From assembly GCA_037133055.1 (NCBI GenBank), contig JBAXOY010000043.1:1-24223 (forward strand): 24,223 bases of DNA, given 5' to 3'. Positions 18,171-24,223 of the stretch are shown here, piece after piece. Origin of the DNA: Chlamydiota bacterium (GTDB lineage: Bacteria; Auribacterota; Tritonobacteria; UBA1439). A program made the position numbers and the translations under genes. Numbering within the stretch: position 1 is the stretch's first letter; every line of letters starts with the position of its first letter. The notes under the pieces were generated by a model. The model saw only the letters and a list, made by a program, of their open reading frames with translations, searched no databases and was not told the DNA's origin.

Positions 18171-18623
18171 ATGGCTGAGGATAGTAACAAGCTGCACGAG
18201 GCGAGGTTTCTCTCCCTGGTGTTGAGTCTCCACGGCTCCGCGTGGATGGCCATGGGCAAGGTGGCCAACCCGATGACGGGGAAGGTGGAGAAGGACATCG
18301 AGGCCGCGCGCGGCAGCATCGATCTTCTCGAGACATTGAGGGTCAAGACGCGAGGCAATCTCACGAGGGAGGAGGAAAAGATACTCGCGAACGCCCTGGG
18401 CGTGCTCCAGCTTAACTTTGTCGATGAGATAGCGCGGGGGGGGGAGGAGGATAAATCCCAAATCCCAAATCCCAAATCCCAACAGAAAAATTCGACGGAC
18501 GGACAACCCCAAAATCAAAACTCCCAACCGGAAGATGCGGCGGGCGGAGGGGCGGACAAGGCCGCCGGGCAGGAGGGCGGCGCGGCCCCCGCGGGGGAGG
18601 CCGGGAAAGCCACGGGCGCGTGA
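18171..18623 (+). CDS. DUF1844 domain protein with low-complexity tail
   Basis: FLSLVLSL..SAWMAMGKVANPMTGK...AR.SIDLLETL..KTRGNLT.EE..L...L..LQLNFV; SD AGGAGG. Confidence 0.88.
   Translation: MAEDSNKLHEARFLSLVLSLHGSAWMAMGKVANPMTGKVEKDIEAARGSIDLLETLRVKTRGNLTREEEKILANALGVLQLNFVDEIARGGEEDKSQIPNPKSQQKNSTDGQPQNQNSQPEDAAGGGADKAAGQEGGAAPAGEAGKATGA
18452..18527 (+). repeat. (AAATCCC)4-AACAG element read in frame inside the DUF1844 gene
   Basis: First 34 nt are identical to the reverse complement of 5710-5743; 61/76 ungapped identity with 20211-20286. Confidence 0.92.
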
Positions 18624-19183
18624 CGCGCGGTGCGTGGACCGGTACCATGGCCAGGAACCCCCGGGAGTGGCACAGCATCAAACGGGCAAAGCGCTGTATG
18701 CGCTGTGCCCGCGACTTTGCGGACGGGGAGCAGTACGCGTCGATACTTTTCGCCCGTGGGGACGGCTATGTGCGCGAGGATTACTGCGCGGAATGCCGGG
18801 CGGAGCTTGACGGCCCCGCCGGATCGGATTGCGGGCCGGCCCTATCCTCATGGAGGGGGCGCTTCAAGCCCGAACCCCCGAAGGTGAAGGAGGAGCCGAT
18901 CTCCAGGAGCACGATCGAGCGGCTCCTCACGAAGTACCTCGAGTCTCGCGAGCCCGCCCATGTCAACGTCAGTTACATCCTCGCCTTGATGCTGGAGCGG
19001 AAGAAGAAACTCCTGCCGCGCGACCGGATCGTCGAGCCGGGCACCGGGAGAAGGCTCGTAGTCTACGAGTTCTCGGGGAGCGGGGAGACGCTTCTCGTGG
19101 AGGATCCCGGGCTCGGGGTCGGGCAGGCGAAAGAGGTGCAGAAGCAGGTGCGCGAGCTCCTCGACCTCGAGGGCGTCAAGTGA
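18620..19183 (+). CDS. Conserved hypothetical protein with two CxxC motifs (alternative start ATG 18647)
   Basis: CMRC...CAEC, SSWRG, YILALMLERKK and VEDPGL motifs resemble a PVC-type hypothetical family; GTGA overlap. Confidence 0.75.
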   Translation: MTRGAWTGTMARNPREWHSIKRAKRCMRCARDFADGEQYASILFARGDGYVREDYCAECRAELDGPAGSDCGPALSSWRGRFKPEPPKVKEEPISRSTIERLLTKYLESREPAHVNVSYILALMLERKKKLLPRDRIVEPGTGRRLVVYEFSGSGETLLVEDPGLGVGQAKEVQKQVRELLDLEGVK

Positions 19184-19224
19184 CCGCGTGGTGAATACAA
19201 AGCCGTTCTTTAACGCAGGCGAAG

Positions 19225-20382
19225 GTGTATACAAAATTCTACAATCTCCGGGAGCGGCCGTTCAACCTCACCCCCGACTCCCACTTCCTCTACCTGAGCT
19301 CCCAGCACCGGGAGGCCCTGGGCCATCTCATCTACGGCATCAGGGAGCGCAAGGGGTTCATTCTCGTGAGCGGGGAGGTCGGCACGGGGAAGACCACGCT
19401 TTGCCGGGCGCTCATCACGGAGATGGAGAAGGAGGCGGAGGTCGGGTTCATCCTCAACAGTTTCCTCTCGGCCGATGAGCTCCTGAAGACCATCAACGAG
19501 GACCTCTCCTGCCATCGCGGGGCCGTCTCGAGGAAAGAGCTCGTCGACGAGCTCAACCTATTCCTTCTCGCGCAGCACGAAGCGGGGCGCAACGTCGTCC
19601 TGCTCATCGACGAATGCCAGAACCTCGCCCTGCCGGTGCTCGAGCAGTTGCGCATGCTCTCCAACCTTGAGACGGAGAAGGAGAAACTGATCCAGATCGT
19701 GCTTGTGGGACAGCCGGAGCTTCGGGAGATGATCGAGAGCCCCGCGCTCCGGCAGCTTGCCCAGCGGGTCACCGTCACGTACCACCTGCACCCGCTCACC
19801 TGCCCGGAGACGGTGTGCTATATTCGGCATCGCCTGGCAGTCGCCGCCGGGAGCGAGGAGACGAACCCGGTGCAGTTCACCGGTTCCGCCGCGAAAAGGA
19901 TCTATCGCTATTCGGAGGGGCTCCCTCGGAAGATCAACATCGTCTGCGACCGGGCGCTTCTCGTCGGGTACGTGCGCGGCAGCAAAAAGATCACGGACTC
20001 GATCGTGCGCCGTGCGATCGAGGAAATCCAGAGTCACCCGAGGACGCGGCATACGCCCGGGCGTCGGGGCGGGGCGGCCCGCGTGTGGAGAGCCGCCGCC
20101 GCCGCGGCATTCGTGGCCGCGGCCGCCGCCGCGGTGCGCTATGCCGCACGGCAGTCCCCGGTCCCCGCCCCGCACGCAGGGACGGCGCGCCCGGAAATCG
20201 CCGGTGAATATAAATCCAAAAGCCCAAATCCCAAATCCCAACAGAGAGATGCGACGGTCGGGCACATACCAAATCCAAAATCCAAAGATTCGGAGGCCGG
20301 TGACATCATGAGGAAAGGCGGCGCGGAGGACATCGCCTTGTCGTCCCGGGAACCGGCGCCCCCGGGGGGGGCTCACGCGTGA
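19225..20382 (+). CDS. exeA: ExeA/GspA family AAA ATPase, N-terminal part (AAA domain plus TM helix)
   Basis: PF.LTPD..FLY, Walker A GEVGTGKTT, Walker B LLIDECQ, LVGQPEL, G.PRKIN..CDRALL and an Ala-rich TM segment. Confidence 0.92.
   Translation: MYTKFYNLRERPFNLTPDSHFLYLSSQHREALGHLIYGIRERKGFILVSGEVGTGKTTLCRALITEMEKEAEVGFILNSFLSADELLKTINEDLSCHRGAVSRKELVDELNLFLLAQHEAGRNVVLLIDECQNLALPVLEQLRMLSNLETEKEKLIQIVLVGQPELREMIESPALRQLAQRVTVTYHLHPLTCPETVCYIRHRLAVAAGSEETNPVQFTGSAAKRIYRYSEGLPRKINIVCDRALLVGYVRGSKKITDSIVRRAIEEIQSHPRTRHTPGRRGGAARVWRAAAAAAFVAAAAAAVRYAARQSPVPAPHAGTARPEIAGEYKSKSPNPKSQQRDATVGHIPNPKSKDSEAGDIMRKGGAEDIALSSREPAPPGGAHA
20211..20286 (+). repeat. AAATCCC-family element read in frame inside exeA
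   Basis: TAAATCCA AAAGCCC AAATCCC AAATCCC AACAG ... AAATCCAAAATCCAAA; homologous to 18452-18527. Confidence 0.88.
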
Positions 20383-21095
20383 TGGCCGCGCTGGCGGTGA
20401 AGGCCCCGGTCGAAAATACCCCGTCCCCGACGGCGCCGCGCGCGGCGCCCGTGCCCGGTGAGCACGCCGTCCCCGTCGCCGCGACGACCCGCGAGGCCGA
20501 AGCCGCCGCGCTTCTCGCGGCGTTCTGGGGGAAGAAGGAGCTGAAGCCTGAGATGCTCGGCGATTCGCGGGACATCCACGCGCTCGCGGCCCGGTGCGGG
20601 ATGAAGTCGGTCTCCTGCTGGGGGGACGTTGATTTCATCCGTCGGATGAATCTCCCCTGCATCCTCTCGCTGCGCGGGGGCCCGGGAGGGGGGCCCGTCA
20701 GGGCGGTGCTTGCCCTGGTCAGGGACGGCCGGGCGGTGCTCCTGTGGCCGGGGGGCGGGAAAAAGTTGTTCGACGCGCCGGAGCTCCAGGCGGCGCTGTG
20801 CGGTCGGGCACTCTATTTTTATCCGGCCGGCATCGCGCTCCCCAACGCTCTTGCGCCGGGCATGCGCGGACCGGAGGTGCGCGCCCTCCGGCAGTCCCTC
20901 AAAAGGGCGGGGGCGCTCCGCGGCGGCGAGGGAGACCTGTACGGACCGGAGACCGCCGAGGCCGTGGGGCGGTTCCAGGAGCGCCACGGGCTGCCGGTCG
21001 ACGGTGTGGCGGGGACGGGCGAGTGGATGCTGCTCAAGAGCCTTGACGCGGGGGACGGAGCGCCACGCCTTGTCCCCGGCGCTCCGCAGGGGTGA
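20379..21095 (+). CDS. ExeA C-terminal part with peptidoglycan-binding domain (probably the frameshifted continuation of exeA)
   Basis: GMRGPEVRALRQSL...YGPETAEAVGRFQERHGLPVDGVAG (PG_binding_1 pattern); no signal peptide; adding one G in the G8 run at 20364-20371 fuses it to exeA. Confidence 0.8.
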   Translation: MMAALAVKAPVENTPSPTAPRAAPVPGEHAVPVAATTREAEAAALLAAFWGKKELKPEMLGDSRDIHALAARCGMKSVSCWGDVDFIRRMNLPCILSLRGGPGGGPVRAVLALVRDGRAVLLWPGGGKKLFDAPELQAALCGRALYFYPAGIALPNALAPGMRGPEVRALRQSLKRAGALRGGEGDLYGPETAEAVGRFQERHGLPVDGVAGTGEWMLLKSLDAGDGAPRLVPGAPQG

Positions 21096-21099
21096 TCGT

Positions 21100-21570
21100 A
21101 TGAGCACGATTCTGAAAGCGCTGAAGAAGGCCGAGGACGGCAGGGCGAAAGAGACGCTCCCGGGCAGGATCGTGACCGGGGAACCGCCCGCGCCCCGTGG
21201 GATGGGCCGGGAGATGTTCAAGCTTTCAGCCGCACTCCTGCTCCCGGCTCTTGTTGCCGCGGCGGTTTTCATGCACTACGAGTCCATCGCGGCGAGGGTG
21301 CGCGCGGGCACATCCGCGTCCTCCGCAGCGAAACCCTCTCCCCCGGCAGCGGTCAGCGCGCCCGCGCCGCCGGCGGGCGGCGGAGGGGAGGAGCCGGCGC
21401 TGCGCCTCTCCGGGGTCATATGGGACAAAGAAAACCCGATCGCCATCGTGAACGGCAAACCCATCACCCGGGGGGAGGAGCTGTCGGGGGCCCGCGTGGT
21501 GAAGATCACGATTGAAAGCGTCACCTTCCGCCGCGGAGGGAGGGAGTTCACGCGCACGGTTCAGGAGTGA
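21100..21570 (+). CDS. General secretion pathway protein GspB/ExeB-like
   Basis: MSTILKALKK N-terminus, a single TM helix and LSGVIW...AIVNG..I..GE.L.GARVVKI; follows exeA. Confidence 0.85.
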   Translation: MSTILKALKKAEDGRAKETLPGRIVTGEPPAPRGMGREMFKLSAALLLPALVAAAVFMHYESIAARVRAGTSASSAAKPSPPAAVSAPAPPAGGGGEEPALRLSGVIWDKENPIAIVNGKPITRGEELSGARVVKITIESVTFRRGGREFTRTVQE

Positions 21571-21617
21571 CCGGACTCGGATGAATACGGACGAGAACAG
21601 GGGAAGCCATAACGTAG

Positions 21618-21706
21618 CACGCAGATGAACGCAGATTGTCAGGATGGGCGCAGATACTAATGCGGCAAAAAGATGAAGAGGCGTTCGGGATTCAGATGAA
21701 CGCAGA
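21618..21706. repeat. CGCAGAT-type 9/10-mer repeat cluster
   Basis: CACGCAGAT GAACGCAGAT TGTCAGGAT GGGCGCAGAT; CAGATGAACGCAGA recurs at 21693-21706. Confidence 0.8.
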
Positions 21707-21714
21707 GGTATAAG

Positions 21715-22017
21715 GTGAAGAAAATGAAGCCACGGATCCGGGTGTGCGGCCTCCTCGCCGCCTTTCTCCTCACCGCTCCGGGCGGGTATTCACAGGATCG
21801 TCCCGAGCCCGCGGTCGAGGCGGAGCGCCTGGCCCGCACCGCCATCGACCTCATGGGGCACGGGAGGCGGCTGCTCGGGCAGGGCGACGCGCGCCGCGCG
21901 GCGATGGAGTTCGAGAAGGTCATCCAGTTCGATCCCTCCAACTCCGCCGCGGCGGATCTTCTCTCCCAGTGCATCGCGGCCGTGTCCTGCGGCGTCGTGC
22001 AGGATACGACACGATAG
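21715..22017 (+). CDS. Small exported protein with one TPR-like repeat
   Basis: Signal-peptide-like N-terminus; AAMEFEKVIQFDPSNSAA TPR pattern. Confidence 0.7.
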   Translation: MKKMKPRIRVCGLLAAFLLTAPGGYSQDRPEPAVEAERLARTAIDLMGHGRRLLGQGDARRAAMEFEKVIQFDPSNSAAADLLSQCIAAVSCGVVQDTTR

Positions 22018-22040
22018 TCCAAAGTGCCGGGCGGAGTGCA

Positions 22041-22069
22041 TTCCGATCCCGCCCTGAGTATGCTACAAT
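22041..22069 (+). promoter_or_regulatory. Possible sigma70 promoter TTCCGA-17-TACAAT with extended -10 TG
   Basis: TGcTACAAT at 22061-22069; weak -35. Confidence 0.35.
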
Positions 22070-22079
22070 GCCGAACAGC

Positions 22080-23282
22080 ATGAAAAATTTTGTTTTTCCG
22101 ATGATCATGGCCGCCTTCTGCATCGCGACGCTCGCCGTCTCCCTTTCCTTTGCGGGTGAATCCGACGAGGGGGGACAGAACGCGGAGTTCTACATACGGC
22201 TCGGCAACACCTTCATGGAGGGGGGGCAGTACGAGCAGGCCCTCTCGATGTACGAGAAGGCGGCTTCCCTCGCTCCCGAGGTGGATCTGAAGGAGAGCAT
22301 GGCCCGCGCGCACGTGAGTCTCGCGGACATGCTGCTCCGGAAAGACGATCCCCGCCCCGCCGCCGAGCATTACGAGGCGGCGCGGAAGCTCGATTCCAAG
22401 CTCGACCTCTTGGGGAAGCTGGAGGAGGCGCGCCGCGCGCAAGGGGCCCGCGCCCTCAAGGAGGGGGACGCCGACGGCGCCATCGCCGCGGCGGACAAGG
22501 CCCTGGCCCTCAAGGCCGGGAGCATCGAGGCCCTGAGGATCAAGGGTGACGCGCTGCTCAAGAAGGGCGACATCGAGGGGGCGCTCGTCCAGTTTGCCGA
22601 ACTCACCAAGGCCTCGCCCGCGGACGATGAGGCGGGGATGAAGGTGGGGCTCCTGAACGAGAGACTCGGGAGGAACCGGGCCGCCGTGCAGGTCTACACG
22701 GGGATACTGGATCGGAACCCGAACTTCATCCCGGCGTACCTCGCCCTCGGCGAACTCCAGGAGCGAAGGGGGAACCTCAGCGCGGCGGTGGAGGTCTACC
22801 GGCGGGGAATCGAAAAGGCCCCCGCGGACGTAGCCATGCATACCAACCTCGCCTGGGCCCACATCAGCGCGGATGATTACCGCGGCGCCTACAAGGAATG
22901 CCGGACAGCCATCGACCTTGACCCGGATAACGCGCACGCCTACAACTACCTCGGCTTGATCTTCATGCATATCCAGCGATACCCTGACGCCCAGGAGGCG
23001 TTCAGGAAATCGCTCTCGAAGAAACCGGACTACGCGGGCGCGAAGATGAACCTCGCCTTTCTCTTCGGCGTGATGGGAAAGAGCGAGGACTCGATCAGGG
23101 AGTACAAGGAGATTATCGAGAAGGACCCGCAGAACGCCGAGGCCCACTATAACGTCGGGATCAACTACAAGAAGGAGGGCCGGTTCGTGCTCGCCAAGTA
23201 TCACCTCGAGCGGGCCGCGGCGCTCTACGGGAAGGATTCGACCCTCGGCCAGCGCGCCCTCGATCATCTGAAGAAAAAATAG
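22080..23282 (+). CDS. Exported tetratricopeptide repeat protein (~400 aa)
   Basis: Signal peptide MKNFVFPMIMAAFCIATLAVSLSFA; many TPR units (AYNYLG, AHYNVG, DPDNA); ATG 22068 possible. Confidence 0.92.
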   Translation: MKNFVFPMIMAAFCIATLAVSLSFAGESDEGGQNAEFYIRLGNTFMEGGQYEQALSMYEKAASLAPEVDLKESMARAHVSLADMLLRKDDPRPAAEHYEAARKLDSKLDLLGKLEEARRAQGARALKEGDADGAIAAADKALALKAGSIEALRIKGDALLKKGDIEGALVQFAELTKASPADDEAGMKVGLLNERLGRNRAAVQVYTGILDRNPNFIPAYLALGELQERRGNLSAAVEVYRRGIEKAPADVAMHTNLAWAHISADDYRGAYKECRTAIDLDPDNAHAYNYLGLIFMHIQRYPDAQEAFRKSLSKKPDYAGAKMNLAFLFGVMGKSEDSIREYKEIIEKDPQNAEAHYNVGINYKKEGRFVLAKYHLERAAALYGKDSTLGQRALDHLKKK

Positions 23283-23329
23283 TGCGGCATTCAGGGTGGC
23301 CCGCGTCCCCGGTGCGGCGCCGTCCTTTT

Positions 23330-23366
23330 TGTCCGACGGGTCAAACCTGTCGGACAGGTCTGACAA
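23330..23366. repeat. GTCCGAC-type 9-mer tandem forming a 12-bp hairpin
   Basis: GTCCGACGG GTCAAACCT GTCGGACAG GTCTGACAA; TGTCCGACGGGT pairs with ACCTGTCGGACA. Confidence 0.75.
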
Positions 23367-23423
23367 ATGTCGCGCCCTGAAGGCCGCCCCGCCAACCAGT
23401 TCGCGGCCCGCGAGTGGCGGGGG

Positions 23424-23470
23424 AGAAAACAACAGCCCCGATCCGGATCCCCGGATCGGGGCTGTTCTGT
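23424..23470 (-). terminator. Probable intrinsic terminator for the bactofilin gene, possibly bidirectional
   Basis: Perfect 16-bp stem 23431-23446/23451-23466 between convergent genes; U-rich tail on the minus strand. Confidence 0.75.
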
Positions 23471-23486
23471 CGCGCGCACGGCTGGG

Positions 23487-24044
23487 TCAGTCCGCGGAAG
23501 CCCCCGGGCCGAGCCTCTCGCCGCCTATCTTGTCATCCCTGACCTTCTTGAAGTCGGGGCGGGCGGGACGGTCCTGCTTGAATGCCTCCGCCGCGGGCTT
23601 CTGGGCGCTGACGGAGCATTTGCCGACGATGTTGACGCCCTCGGCGATGGTCAGGCGCGCCGCCTGGATGTCGCCGAACATCTTCGCGGTCGCCCTGAGC
23701 TCGATCTTGTCCTCGCAGGTGACGTTCCCCTCGACCTTGCCCTCGACGATGACGTTGCCCACGTGGACCTCGGCCTTCACGATGCCTGTTTTCCCGATGA
23801 AGAGCGTGCCCCCGGAGTCGATCTCTCCCTCGAAGCTCCCGTCGATCCGGAGCGAGTCCTTGAACTTCACCGATCCCTTGAACTCCGCGTCGGGGCTCAC
23901 GACCGTTTCCTTGAGCTCGCTGTGCGCGATCGGCTGCTGCAGTTTGTCCTGGATGACCATGGTCTGACCCTCCTCCCTGCCGGGGTAATTGGAAATGCTC
24001 TGGCCCGATCCGTCAGCGCCGAGCCTCCTCAGGATATTGCTCAC
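23487..24044 (-). CDS. Bactofilin (polymer-forming cytoskeletal protein); second in-frame start at 23960
   Basis: TVVSPDAEFKGSVKF..SLRIDGSFEGEI....LFIGKTG.VKAEV....VIVEG.VEGNV.C..KIEL......GDI....L.IAEG beta-helix. Confidence 0.93.
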   Translation of the reverse strand: MSNILRRLGADGSGQSISNYPGREEGQTMVIQDKLQQPIAHSELKETVVSPDAEFKGSVKFKDSLRIDGSFEGEIDSGGTLFIGKTGIVKAEVHVGNVIVEGKVEGNVTCEDKIELRATAKMFGDIQAARLTIAEGVNIVGKCSVSAQKPAAEAFKQDRPARPDFKKVRDDKIGGERLGPGASAD

Positions 24045-24106
24045 TCATTCCCTCCTCCCGCGGACCTCGACAACCGCGGACACTTGGCTTCCAACCCGTG
24101 GGCGTG

Positions 24107-24135
24107 ATTAAACCATGTTCCTACGCCGCTGTCAA
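24107..24135 (-). promoter_or_regulatory. Sigma70-type promoter TTGACA-17-TTTAAT with extended -10 TG, upstream of bactofilin
   Basis: Perfect -35 at 24135-24130, 17-nt spacer and TGgTTTAAT; lacks the -11 A. Confidence 0.6.
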
Positions 24136-24223
24136 GCGGGAAAGCCTGTCGCGGTGCGCTGGGTCACTTACGGGGGGTATCTTCTTCCGGATGTCATTCC
24201 CGCCCCGCTTTTCGCCGGGGTAA

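Noticed and set aside
20210..20303. Repeat insertion as the cause of the exeA frameshift
   Set aside because: The downstream frame has a TGA at 20301-20303, beyond the homologous segment, so the shift must lie within 20304-20379; the G8 run is the simpler explanation
21744..22079. Single 512-aa TPR protein or a frameshift between the two TPR ORFs
   Set aside because: The upstream part is low-quality Arg-rich sequence overlapping another ORF; each gene has its own signal peptide
1..24223. IS transposase, integrase, DGR reverse transcriptase, tRNA or rRNA
   Set aside because: None recognisable; any mobiliser of the repeats must be encoded elsewhere

Overview
High-GC bacterial chromosome segment, probably from the PVC superphylum. 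The taxonomy is inferred from a Verrucomicrobia-like RpoA N-terminus, a Minf_1886/TIGR04138-like gene and the missing L30. Bases 1-15444 hold the 3' end of tuf and an S10-spc-alpha ribosomal supercluster from rpsJ to rplQ, including secY, adk, map, infA and rpoA. The cluster lacks rplC (L3) and rpmD (L30). It is followed by moaC-MOSC-mog, an unknown helical protein, three conserved hypothetical genes, an exeA/gspA gene split at a G8 run, gspB, two exported TPR proteins and a convergent bactofilin. The main unexplained signal is a set of short tandem-repeat (7-10 nt unit) and often palindromic elements in many spacers. One family, (AAATCCC)4, forms a perfect 30-bp inverted repeat between rplX and rplE. 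The same family also occurs as a homologous 76-nt segment read in the same frame inside two unrelated proteins (DUF1844 and ExeA), reminiscent of Rickettsia palindromic elements. No transposase, reverse transcriptase, CRISPR array or RNA gene was recognised.
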